A DNA stretch of 64,000 bases, from NCBI GenBank assembly GCA_902766365.1, contig CACXDC010000011.1, forward strand, positions 29,323 through 93,322. The letters are read 5' to 3'. The notes under the pieces are model-generated. The model saw nothing but the letters and a program-made list of their open reading frames with translations. It ran no database searches and was not told the DNA's origin. Below are positions 8,441 to 16,797 of this stretch, in pieces. The DNA is from an uncultured Lachnospiraceae bacterium (lineage in GTDB: Bacteria > Bacillota > Clostridia > Lachnospirales > Lachnospiraceae). Within the stretch, counting starts at the first letter, position 1, and every line of letters starts with the position of its first letter. A program made the translations under genes and the position numbers.

Positions 8441-8483
8441 CTCTATCTGTATTTCCTAAAATCCTTTTTCAGTCCGGATCTCT

Positions 8484-8840
8484 TTAATCCTCTTCAATAT
8501 GCTCTCTTCCCTTGCCGATGATCGTCTCTACATGCTCATCTGCCAGAGAATAAAAGATTGATTTACCCTCTCTTCTGCTTTTCACCAGTCTGCTCTGCTT
8601 CAGGATTTTAAGCTGGTGGGAAATAGCCGACTGTGTCATATCAAGTGCCTGTGCCAGATCACAGACGCATACTTCCGCTTCAAAAAGGACAAACAGAATA
8701 CGGATACGGGTATAATCCCCAAAAACCTTGAACAGATCTGCCAGATCATTCAGTTCTTCTTCATCCGGCATGGTTTCCTTTACAATTTTTAACAGATCCT
8801 CATGGACCTCTACGGTATCACAGCATTCTACTTCTGCCAT
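8484..8840 (-). CDS. ArsR/SmtB-family metalloregulator (CadC/CzrA-like)
   Basis: HTH region CVCDLAQALDMTQSAISHQLKILKQSRLV with CVC, plus an N-terminal CC pair. AAGGAGG lies 4 nt before ATG 8840; the track start at 8864 is a GTG. Confidence 0.85.
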   Translation of the reverse strand: MAEVECCDTVEVHEDLLKIVKETMPDEEELNDLADLFKVFGDYTRIRILFVLFEAEVCVCDLAQALDMTQSAISHQLKILKQSRLVKSRREGKSIFYSLADEHVETIIGKGREHIEED

Positions 8841-8949
8841 AGTGCCTCCTTTATACTCCTTCACTGCAAACCAGCCTGCAGCTTCTTACACATTTTTATC
8901 ACAGGCTGGCCTGCCGCTCTGCTTTACACTTTTTCTGTAAAATGCCAGC

Positions 8950-10818
8950 CTACAGTTTCTTCACAAACAGGGCACGGATCGCATTTAGCACAGCAATTAC
9001 CATAACACCTACGTCTGCAAAAATCGCTGCCCACATATTGGCAATACCAAGTGCACCCAGGATCAGGCAGATCACCTTGATACCGATTGCAAAATAAATG
9101 TTCTCATAAACGATGCGGATACATTTTCTGGAGATTTTGATAGCCTTGGCAATCTTCAGCGGATCATCATCCATCAGGACAATATCTGCCGCCTCGATCG
9201 CTGCATCTGAGCCAAGGGCTCCCATGGCGATTCCGATATCTGCTCTGGAAAGTACCGGTGCATCATTGATACCATCTCCTACAAAAGCAAGTTTTTCCTT
9301 CTCACTCTTCTGTGCAAGCAGTTCTTCCACCTTTGCTACCTTGTCTGCCGGGAGAAGTTCACTGCATACCTCATGGATACCAAGCTCTGCCGCTACGGAA
9401 TCTGCTACCCGTTTTGTATCTCCTGTCAGCATGACAGTCTTGGTAACGCCTGCCTTCTTCAGTGCATCAATCGCTTCCTTTGCGTGCGGCTTTAACAGGT
9501 CAGAGATCACGATACATCCGGCAAAAGTGCCATCAACTGCCACATAAACAAGGGTTCCTACCTGATCACATACTGTATAGGGGATTCCAAGCTGATCCAT
9601 AAGCTTGCCGTTACCGGCTGCTACCAGTCTGTCGTCTACCTTTGCTGTCACACCCTTGCCGCTGACTTCTGTTACCTCTGTCACACGGTTCTTATCGATT
9701 TCTTTGCCATAAGCCTTCTGCAGGCTCTTGCTGATCGGATGGCTGGAGTAGCTTTCTGCACAGGCTGCACACTCAATCAGCTCTTCCTTTGAAAGTGCTG
9801 CCGGGAAAATACCGCTGACTTCAAAGACACCCTGTGTCATCGTTCCTGTCTTGTCAAACACAACATATTTTGTCTGTGAAAGTGTCTCCAGATAATTGGA
9901 ACCCTTCACAAGGACACCTTCCTTGCTGGCTCCGCCGATTCCGGCAAAGAAGCTTAAGGGAATACTGATCACCAGTGCACAGGGGCAGCTGATAACAAGG
10001 AAGGTCAGTGCACGGTAGATCCATGTGCCAAAGTCAGCCGGCAGTCCCATAAATACCATTCTGACAATGGGTGGGATCAGTGCCAGTGCTACTGCACCAT
10101 AGCAGACAGCCGGTGTATATATCCTTGCAAATTTGGAAATAAAGTTCTCAGATCTTGATTTTCTGGAACTGGAATTCTCTACCAGTTCCAGGATCTTGGA
10201 AACTGTAGATTCTCCAAATTCTTTTGTTGTCTTAATCTTTAAAAGACCTGTCATGTTGATACAGCCGCTGATGACTTCATCGCCTTCCTTGGCATTTCTT
10301 GGAAGGCTTTCTCCTGTCAGTGCGCTGGTATTCAGACTGGAGGTACCTTCTGTAACAATACCGTCAATCGGGATCTTCTCTCCAGGCTTTACCAGAATAA
10401 TCGTTCCGATCTCCACTTCATCCGGATCTACCTGTACGATTTCTCCATCCTTCTCTATGTTGGCATAGTCGGGACGGATATCCATCAGCTCACTGATGTT
10501 TCTGCGGCTCTTGCCTACCGCATAGCTCTGGAACAGCTCACCGATCTGATAGAACAGCATAACGGCAACGCCTTCCTTATAATCCCCAAGTGCGATCGCA
10601 CCAACTGTAGCAACTGCCATCAGGAAATTTTCATCAAATACCTGGCGGTTCATGATACCCTTGATCGCCTTTTTCAGGATGTCATATCCAATTACCAGAT
10701 AGGGGATCATATACAGTGCAAACTGCAGCCAGCCCTCTACCGGTACAAATGACAGAATAACCAGTAACACAAATGCCACAATTATTCTGACTAATACCTT
10801 TTTCTGTTTCTTATTCAT
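8950..10818 (-). CDS. Heavy-metal P1B-type ATPase, Zn/Cd/Pb (CadA/ZntA-like) subtype, lacking its own N-terminal HMA domain
   Basis: Motifs TGES, SCPCALVISIP, DKTGTMT, GDGINDAP, and a last-TM ADVG motif. The likely start is MNKKQKK at 10818, preceded by AGAGGAAAG. Confidence 0.85.
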   Translation of the reverse strand: MNKKQKKVLVRIIVAFVLLVILSFVPVEGWLQFALYMIPYLVIGYDILKKAIKGIMNRQVFDENFLMAVATVGAIALGDYKEGVAVMLFYQIGELFQSYAVGKSRRNISELMDIRPDYANIEKDGEIVQVDPDEVEIGTIILVKPGEKIPIDGIVTEGTSSLNTSALTGESLPRNAKEGDEVISGCINMTGLLKIKTTKEFGESTVSKILELVENSSSRKSRSENFISKFARIYTPAVCYGAVALALIPPIVRMVFMGLPADFGTWIYRALTFLVISCPCALVISIPLSFFAGIGGASKEGVLVKGSNYLETLSQTKYVVFDKTGTMTQGVFEVSGIFPAALSKEELIECAACAESYSSHPISKSLQKAYGKEIDKNRVTEVTEVSGKGVTAKVDDRLVAAGNGKLMDQLGIPYTVCDQVGTLVYVAVDGTFAGCIVISDLLKPHAKEAIDALKKAGVTKTVMLTGDTKRVADSVAAELGIHEVCSELLPADKVAKVEELLAQKSEKEKLAFVGDGINDAPVLSRADIGIAMGALGSDAAIEAADIVLMDDDPLKIAKAIKISRKCIRIVYENIYFAIGIKVICLILGALGIANMWAAIFADVGVMVIAVLNAIRALFVKKL

Positions 10819-10956
10819 ACTTTCCTCTCTTCCAAAATAGCTGCCTGTCGAATCCTTCAGGCAGCTATTCTTTCCCAATTACTCACACTGGTCTGTAACC
10901 TTCTGAAAATCAAACGCCTGCCCACAGCCATCTGATTTTCTGTGGTTCCGTTTATT

Positions 10957-11175
10957 TTATAAAAAGATCTCGCAGTCGTCTTCTACCTTCTTGCAGTTCT
11001 TTAATACATCCTTCATAACTGCAGCCGGCTCAGCACCATCCTCAAATTCAACGATCATCTTTAATGTCATAAAGTTAACAGTAGCATCCTTAACACCTGT
11101 GGTATTCTTAGCTGCCTCTTCCATCTTATTTGCACAGTTTGCACAATCAACATCAATCTTATAAGTCTTTTTCAT
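10957..11175 (-). CDS. Stand-alone heavy-metal-associated (HMA) domain protein
   Basis: 72 aa, MKKTYKIDVDCANCANKMEE..., a ferredoxin-like HMA with a CxxC motif. The 16-codon extension in the ORF track overlaps the operator. Confidence 0.8.
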   Translation of the reverse strand: MKKTYKIDVDCANCANKMEEAAKNTTGVKDATVNFMTLKMIVEFEDGAEPAAVMKDVLKNCKKVEDDCEIFL

Positions 11176-11204
11176 GTTCTCATCCTCTTTCTTTAATCTT
11201 ATTT

Positions 11205-11263
11205 CATATGAACAATTATTCATATGTTTGATTGTATTATACCACTGTGAAGGGCGATGTCAA
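11205..11263 (-). promoter_or_regulatory. Promoter plus ArsR/SmtB-type operator of the HMA-ATPase-arsR operon
   Basis: TTGACA (11263-11258), 16-nt spacer, TGGTATAAT with TATAAT at 11241-11236. The inverted repeat CATATGAA-CAATTA-TTCATATG at 11205-11226 lies just downstream of the predicted +1. Confidence 0.55.
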
Positions 11264-11431
11264 TAGTTATTTCCCATTTTTTCTGTTTTATTGTACTGCT
11301 TACCTGCCTCATTAAGAGGTTCAAAGGCAAAAAATAATGCCTCCCCTGTCAGCACCAGGAGAGGCGCCTCTCATTAGAGAGGTAAATACTCATATGGGAG
11401 CATCCCCTTTGGAGTGGGTGCTTTTCCATCA

Positions 11432-14041
11432 TCAGTCGATCGCTGTCACCTTATAATCCTTATCTTCCACTGCCTTCTTCAGCACATCATCAGCAACCTC
11501 TTTTGTCAGTGTCACTTCAGCACTGCCCTTTTCATGGCTTACCAGTGCACTCTCCACACCATCTACTGCTTCCAGTGCCTTCTTTACCGTTGCCTCGCAG
11601 TGTCCACACATCATGCCTTCGATCTTCATTGTTTTCTTCATTTCATTACCCTCTTCTTTCTTTATATTTTTTGTACTTCCTTCTGCCTGTATTTCCCCGG
11701 TCGTCTGTCCGGTTCCAGCAGTATTTTCCTTATGTGCTGCCTGTCTTCTGCTCTTCTGTTTCCTGTCATAGCTGCTGTCATAAACCTTAAAGAGATTCAG
11801 CCGCAGGGCATTGGTTACCACGCAGAAGCTGGAAAGGCTCATGGCTGCCGCCCCGAACATGGGATTTAACTGCCAGTGGAACAGCGGGATCCATACGCCT
11901 GCTGCCAGTGGGATTCCAATAATATTGTAGATAAATGCCCAGAACAGATTTTCATGGATATTCCTGAGAGTTGCACGGCTTAAACGTACAGCCGCCGGAA
12001 TGTCCTTCAGACTGCTCTTCATCAGCACTACATCTGCCGCATCAATGGCAATATCAGTTCCTGCGCCAATGGCGATTCCAATGTCCGCCCTTGTCAGTGC
12101 AGGTGCATCATTAATGCCGTCGCCTACCATGGCTACCCTGCCTTCTTCCTTGAGGGAACGGACTACCTGTTCCTTACCATCCGGCAGAACGCCTGCGATC
12201 ACCTCCGTAATGCCGGCCCTTGCGGCTACTGCTTCTGCTGTGCGCTCATTATCACCGGTCAGCATGATTACACGGATTCCCATGTCCGTCAGCTCCTTTA
12301 CTGCTTCCGGGCTGTCCTCTTTGATCACATCTGCAACGGCGATCATGCCAAGGAACTGGTTCTCAAGGCCAAACAGCAGCGGTGTCTTTCCTTCTCCGGC
12401 AAGCTGTTTCACCTTTTCCTCTGTATCTGTCAAAAGAGTGATCCTGCTTCCAATATAGGCAAAGCTTCCACCTGCAAGAAGACCCTCCCTGCTCCTTCCA
12501 AGAAGTCCGTTTCCGGGAAGTGCCTGAAACTCTGTTACTTCTTCCGCCACAAGCTCCTTTTCTTTCGCATACGCTGTAACCGCTCCTGCCAGCGGATGCT
12601 CACTGTTCTTTTCCAGGGAATAGGCAAGTGTCAGAAGCCTCTCTTCTGTCACACCTTCTGCCGGCAGAAGATCTGTCACTTTCGGTTCTCCCTTTGTGAT
12701 GGTTCCTGTCTTATCCAGTACCACGATTTCTGTCTTGCCGGTTTCTTCCAGAGAAGATGCTGTCTTAAATAAAATGCCGTTTCTGGCTCCCATGCCGTTA
12801 CCTACCATGATCGCTACAGGCGTCGCCAGGCCAAGGGCACAGGGACAACTGATCACCAGTACAGAAATGGCTCTGGCAAGCGCATATCCAAAACTCTGCC
12901 CTGCAAACATCCATACCAGAAATGTGACAATGGCAATCCCGATCACTGCCGGTACAAAAACACCGGATACCTGATCGGCTACTTTGGCGATCGGTGCCTT
13001 GGTAGCCGCTGCGTCACTGACCATCTGGATGATCTTGGAAAGAGCGGTATCTTCTCCTACCCGGACTGCCTCGCAGGTAAGAACACCGGACTGATTGATG
13101 GTAGCTGCAGATACCTCATCACCTTCTGCCTTGTCCACCGGAATGCTCTCTCCTGTCAGGGCTGCTTCATTGACGGCACTGCTTCCCTTCACAACGATAC
13201 CATCCACGGGTATATTCTCTCCTGGCTTTACCAGGAACAGATCTCCCTTTTTCACCTGATCAATAGGTACTTCCTTTTCTGCTCCATCTTCAAGCAGCAC
13301 TGCCTTCTGGGGTGCCAGCTTCATCAGACTCCTCAGTGCATCGGTTGTCTTTCCCTTGGAATGGGCTTCCAGCATCTTTCCTACTGTGATCAGTGTCAGG
13401 ATCATGGCAGCAGATTCAAAATAAAACTCATCCATGTACTTCATGACACCGGCCATATCGCCCTTCACCTGTGCATCCGTCATGGCAAACAGTGCATATG
13501 TGCTGTACAGAAAGGCAGCACTGCTTCCCATAGCCACCAGCGTATCCATATTGGGTGCTCTGTGAAAAAGACTCTTAAATCCACTGATAAAAAACTTCTG
13601 ATTGATCACCATGATCATGACAGTCAGCAGAAGCTGTACAAGTCCCATGGCTACATGATTTCCTTCAAAGAATTTCGGCAGTGGCCATCCAAACATCATA
13701 TGCCCCATGGAAAAATACAGCAGAATGATCAGAAAACCAAGGGAAGAAAACAGCCTCTTCTTCAGCTTTGGCGTTTCCTTATCCTCCAGTGCCTTTTCCT
13801 GCTCTCTGATGCTTTCAGAACTGTGTCCTGTCTCTCTGTCTGTCTCCTTCAGGGATGCGCCATATCCGGCTTCCTCAACTGCCCGGATAACCGCTGCACT
13901 GTCCGCATCTCCTTCCACGCCCATAGAGTTGGTCAGGAGACTGACTGAGCAGGCGCTGACACCTTCTACCTTGGAAACTGCCTTCTCTACCCTGGTACTG
14001 CAGGCAGCACAGCTCATTCCTGTTACCGTATATTGTTTCAT
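11432..14041 (-). CDS. copA: Copper-exporting P1B-1 ATPase with an N-terminal HMA and an additional C-terminal fused CopZ-like HMA domain
   Basis: Motifs MSCAACSTRVE, CPCALGLATP, DKTGT, YN in TM7 and MSLSS in TM8. The last 69 aa are MKKTMKIEGMMCGHCEATVKK... Confidence 0.9.
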   Translation of the reverse strand: MKQYTVTGMSCAACSTRVEKAVSKVEGVSACSVSLLTNSMGVEGDADSAAVIRAVEEAGYGASLKETDRETGHSSESIREQEKALEDKETPKLKKRLFSSLGFLIILLYFSMGHMMFGWPLPKFFEGNHVAMGLVQLLLTVMIMVINQKFFISGFKSLFHRAPNMDTLVAMGSSAAFLYSTYALFAMTDAQVKGDMAGVMKYMDEFYFESAAMILTLITVGKMLEAHSKGKTTDALRSLMKLAPQKAVLLEDGAEKEVPIDQVKKGDLFLVKPGENIPVDGIVVKGSSAVNEAALTGESIPVDKAEGDEVSAATINQSGVLTCEAVRVGEDTALSKIIQMVSDAAATKAPIAKVADQVSGVFVPAVIGIAIVTFLVWMFAGQSFGYALARAISVLVISCPCALGLATPVAIMVGNGMGARNGILFKTASSLEETGKTEIVVLDKTGTITKGEPKVTDLLPAEGVTEERLLTLAYSLEKNSEHPLAGAVTAYAKEKELVAEEVTEFQALPGNGLLGRSREGLLAGGSFAYIGSRITLLTDTEEKVKQLAGEGKTPLLFGLENQFLGMIAVADVIKEDSPEAVKELTDMGIRVIMLTGDNERTAEAVAARAGITEVIAGVLPDGKEQVVRSLKEEGRVAMVGDGINDAPALTRADIGIAIGAGTDIAIDAADVVLMKSSLKDIPAAVRLSRATLRNIHENLFWAFIYNIIGIPLAAGVWIPLFHWQLNPMFGAAAMSLSSFCVVTNALRLNLFKVYDSSYDRKQKSRRQAAHKENTAGTGQTTGEIQAEGSTKNIKKEEGNEMKKTMKIEGMMCGHCEATVKKALEAVDGVESALVSHEKGSAEVTLTKEVADDVLKKAVEDKDYKVTAID

Positions 14042-14087
14042 TTCTTCATAACTCCTCTCTTCAACCTTAATGCTGCTCCTAATGCTT

Positions 14088-14387
14088 CTACTTCATCAAT
14101 TTCTGAAGGATCTTCAGCAGTTCATCTACTGTTTCTTCTTTTCCTTCTTTAATATCTCTCACAACACAGGTTTTCATGTGATTTTCCAGCAAAACTTTAT
14201 TAAAACTGTTCAGTGCGGCATTCACTGCAGCTACCTGTGTCAGGATATCTGTACAATAGGCATCTCTTTCTATCATGCCCTTGATCCCCCTGATCTGCCC
14301 TTCGATCCGGTTCAGACGGTGTATCAGATCCTTGTACTCCTCCGGGTCTCTTTTCTTCGTTTTATGGCAGCAGCACATTTCTTCCAT
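14088..14387 (-). CDS. csoR: CsoR-family copper-sensing repressor
   Basis: The DUF156 pattern RLNRIEGQIRGIKGMIE, with C...H...C ligands (YCTDIL, HMKTC). The start at 14387 follows GAGGGAAAGGAA. The longer ORF-track start is a TTG that coincides with the -35 box. Confidence 0.85.
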   Translation of the reverse strand: MEEMCCCHKTKKRDPEEYKDLIHRLNRIEGQIRGIKGMIERDAYCTDILTQVAAVNAALNSFNKVLLENHMKTCVVRDIKEGKEETVDELLKILQKLMK

Positions 14388-14418
14388 TTCCTTTCCCTCT
14401 CTTCCCCTGTTTGAGCTC

Positions 14419-14447
14419 ATTATATACCCCCATGGGGTATATTGCAA
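14419..14447 (-). promoter_or_regulatory. csoR-copA promoter with a CsoR operator in the spacer
   Basis: TTGCAA (14447-14442), 17-nt spacer, TATAAT (14424-14419). The spacer is the inverted repeat ATATACCCC-CAT-GGGGTATAT (14422-14442). Confidence 0.65.
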
Positions 14448-14545
14448 GTATCTTTTTTCTCAATAGCAAAAAAAGATACTCCTCCGTCTCCGAAAGAGTA
14501 TCTCCTGTTTATCTGTCCTGATCCGGTTCTCAGCCAGATCCCCTA

Positions 14546-16000
14546 TTATTTTCTTTCCTTTGTCAGATCCACCAGTCCATTCAGTATCTCTGATATCTCA
14601 TTCATAGTTACCTGATTATCTTCCTCTGCCTTCATGGTTTCTCCGGCATGCGCAGAAACCTCTTCTGAAATTGCTGACATAGTCTGTACCGCATCCACAA
14701 TATTCTGGTTGGAATCCTTCAACTGCTTCACAGTATCTGCAAGCTGGGCAATGCTCTGCTGCACGGAAACCGTACTGTTTCTGATGGCATCAAACTGTTT
14801 TGCTGCATTGTCAGTTCCTTCCTTTTGTCCATTGATCCCTTTGATCATTTCTGTGATCACACCGACAACATTCTGGATTGCTGAAGACACATTACCGATC
14901 AATTCAGCAATATTGGCTGTTGCTTCCTTTGTTCTTGTAGCCATGCCGGAAATCTCTGTCGCTACTACAGAAAAGCCACGTCCTGCCTCTCCCGCTCTCG
15001 CAGCTTCGATGCTGGCATTTAATGCAAGCAGACTGGTCTGTGATGTGATTCCACCGATCAGTTCTACAATGGAATGCATTTCCTCCATATAATGATCCAG
15101 TTCTTCCAGCTTCGCAGTTACCTCAGTTCCATTCTGTACGGAAATATCTACCTCTGATTTCAGTTCTGTAATATCATAATTACCCTGATCCAGTGCTTTC
15201 AGTGTCTGATCCATATTCTCACGGATCGCCAGAACTGTATTTTCCACTTCTGTTACCTGTCCCTGGATCGCCATGGTCTGTGTCTGCTGCTCCTGAATAT
15301 GCTCTGCTGTATCCTGTGAGCCGGCATTTACTTCCTCCATAGCGCGCCCGGTTGCTTTGGAAGCTTCTGTTAATTTATTCATTCTTTCTGATATGTTGCC
15401 AACACCTGCTGATAACTGGCCGGAAAGAACCTGCCCTTCCTTAAGCAGTTTCTCTGCCTTTTCCTCTGATGTCCTGACCTCATCCAGCTTCTTCTCGGAA
15501 TTGGCTTTCATTGTTTTCACGGTAATAATGGAATATACCGCAACAAGCAGCATCACAGTCAGCTGCAGCACACCGGTATCGGTATCCACATATCCAAACT
15601 TGTGAAGCGCAGCACCAAGACCTGTAACGATCAACGTTTCCAGGACCGTTCCTACATTGATCAGTAAAAGATTTCTCACATCATTGAAGATCGTCACCAC
15701 AAAAACCATCGGGATAACAAAAGTAAAGATCATGTGGTTTGTCGCAGTAAAAAGACATACTGTATAATACACGGCAAATCCTATGGAGACCAGATGCTTG
15801 ATCAGTGTTGTATCCTTATTTCTGCTGTAGCTGATAAATTCTGCAATAACCGGAATAAATCCGATTGCCGCCACTACGACCAGATAAAGTACACTGCTTC
15901 TTCCCTCAATGGTCTGCAGCAGCATCAGCACTGTGATAAGCAGTACCGTCGTAAAATGGGCGATCATGGCCGTTTTGTTGTTTCTTTGCATCTCTGTCAT
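14546..16000 (-). CDS. Methyl-accepting chemotaxis protein with a polytopic N-terminal membrane domain
   Basis: Signalling hairpin motif [29 protein letters not shown] and about 6 predicted TM helices at the N-terminus. Confidence 0.85.
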   Translation of the reverse strand: MTEMQRNNKTAMIAHFTTVLLITVLMLLQTIEGRSSVLYLVVVAAIGFIPVIAEFISYSRNKDTTLIKHLVSIGFAVYYTVCLFTATNHMIFTFVIPMVFVVTIFNDVRNLLLINVGTVLETLIVTGLGAALHKFGYVDTDTGVLQLTVMLLVAVYSIITVKTMKANSEKKLDEVRTSEEKAEKLLKEGQVLSGQLSAGVGNISERMNKLTEASKATGRAMEEVNAGSQDTAEHIQEQQTQTMAIQGQVTEVENTVLAIRENMDQTLKALDQGNYDITELKSEVDISVQNGTEVTAKLEELDHYMEEMHSIVELIGGITSQTSLLALNASIEAARAGEAGRGFSVVATEISGMATRTKEATANIAELIGNVSSAIQNVVGVITEMIKGINGQKEGTDNAAKQFDAIRNSTVSVQQSIAQLADTVKQLKDSNQNIVDAVQTMSAISEEVSAHAGETMKAEEDNQVTMNEISEILNGLVDLTKERK

Positions 16001-16041
16001 TTCTTTTGTTCCCCTCTCTTTAATGGCGGATGGACCTTCCT

Positions 16042-16179
16042 CTAATGGCAGTGTCCACCACAGTTTTTACAGTCTCCACCACACTGAAGAGATTTTCCTG
16101 CCTTTTTGTCACGGATCATGCTTCTGACTGCAAGACCGACAACCAGAAGAAGAACTGCTCCTACAATAATTGTTCCCAT
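16042..16179 (-). CDS. FeoB-associated Cys-rich membrane peptide homologue (45 aa)
   Basis: Below the ORF-track size cutoff. Manual translation gives [51 protein letters not shown] lies 6 nt before the ATG, and the stop is 41 nt upstream of the MCP start. Confidence 0.6.
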   Translation of the reverse strand: MGTIIVGAVLLLVVGLAVRSMIRDKKAGKSLQCGGDCKNCGGHCH

Positions 16180-16204
16180 AAGCTACTCCTTTCCATGTTT
16201 GCAA

Positions 16205-16222
16205 GGTTAGTATACGCTAACC
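16205..16222. promoter_or_regulatory. Inverted repeat GGTTAG-N6-CTAACC, a candidate DtxR-family operator
   Basis: The half-sites match the IdeR/DtxR box half-sites (TTAGGTTAG / CTAACCTAA), but the spacer is 6 nt instead of 1. It lies between the Cys-rich peptide gene and the divergent dtxR-family gene. Confidence 0.35.
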
Positions 16223-16279
16223 ATTTGGAGTTGTCAATGATTCTCAATTACTCTCTTCAGTTGATAATTCTTTATTTTT

Positions 16280-16308
16280 TTGCACATTCCTGTTTTATGT
16301 GTTACAAT
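16280..16308 (+). promoter_or_regulatory. SigmaA-type promoter of the DtxR-family gene
   Basis: TTGCAC (16280-16285), 17-nt spacer ending in TGT, TACAAT (16303-16308). Confidence 0.45.
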
Positions 16309-16368
16309 ATAAGGCAGTTGCACTCTATAATATAAACCGTTTCCTTCTGGAAGAAAGGCTACGACTAC

Positions 16369-16728
16369 ATGAAAGTAAATGAATCTGCAGAAAATTATCT
16401 GGAAACCATCCTCGTACTCAGCCAGCAAAAGCCTGTGGTGCGGGCTGTTGATATCGCCGAAGAACTGGACTTCAAAAAATCAAGTGTCAGTGTCGCCATG
16501 AAGAATCTCCGTGAAAAAAATCATATCACAGTTACCAAGGAAGGATATATCTACCTGACTCCCTCCGGCAAAGAAATTGCCGATATGATCTATGAACGTC
16601 ACCAGCTTCTCAGCAACTGGCTCATGCGCCTTGGCGTAGATGAAAAAACAGCAACTGAAGATGCCTGCCGTATGGAACATGTGATCAGCAAGGAAAGCTT
16701 TGAAGCCATTAAAAATCACATAAAATAA
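16369..16728 (+). CDS. DtxR/MntR-family metal-dependent transcriptional regulator (short form, no SH3 domain)
   Basis: N-terminus SAENYLETI, winged HTH, and ERHQLL...EDACRMEH metal-ligand positions. Confidence 0.85.
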   Translation: MKVNESAENYLETILVLSQQKPVVRAVDIAEELDFKKSSVSVAMKNLREKNHITVTKEGYIYLTPSGKEIADMIYERHQLLSNWLMRLGVDEKTATEDACRMEHVISKESFEAIKNHIK

Positions 16729-16797
16729 CAGGTCATTTTCTCTCAGTCCAGTATATAAAAGGTTGCCCGTAAAGAGCAACCTTTTTCTGCATTTCCT

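Noticed and set aside
10905-10940. Inverted repeat GAAAATCA-20 nt-TGATTTTC between the HMA gene and the ATPase gene, considered as a possible attenuator or processing site
   Set aside because: The stem is only 8 bp with a large loop and no U-tract. The evidence is too weak to call a feature.
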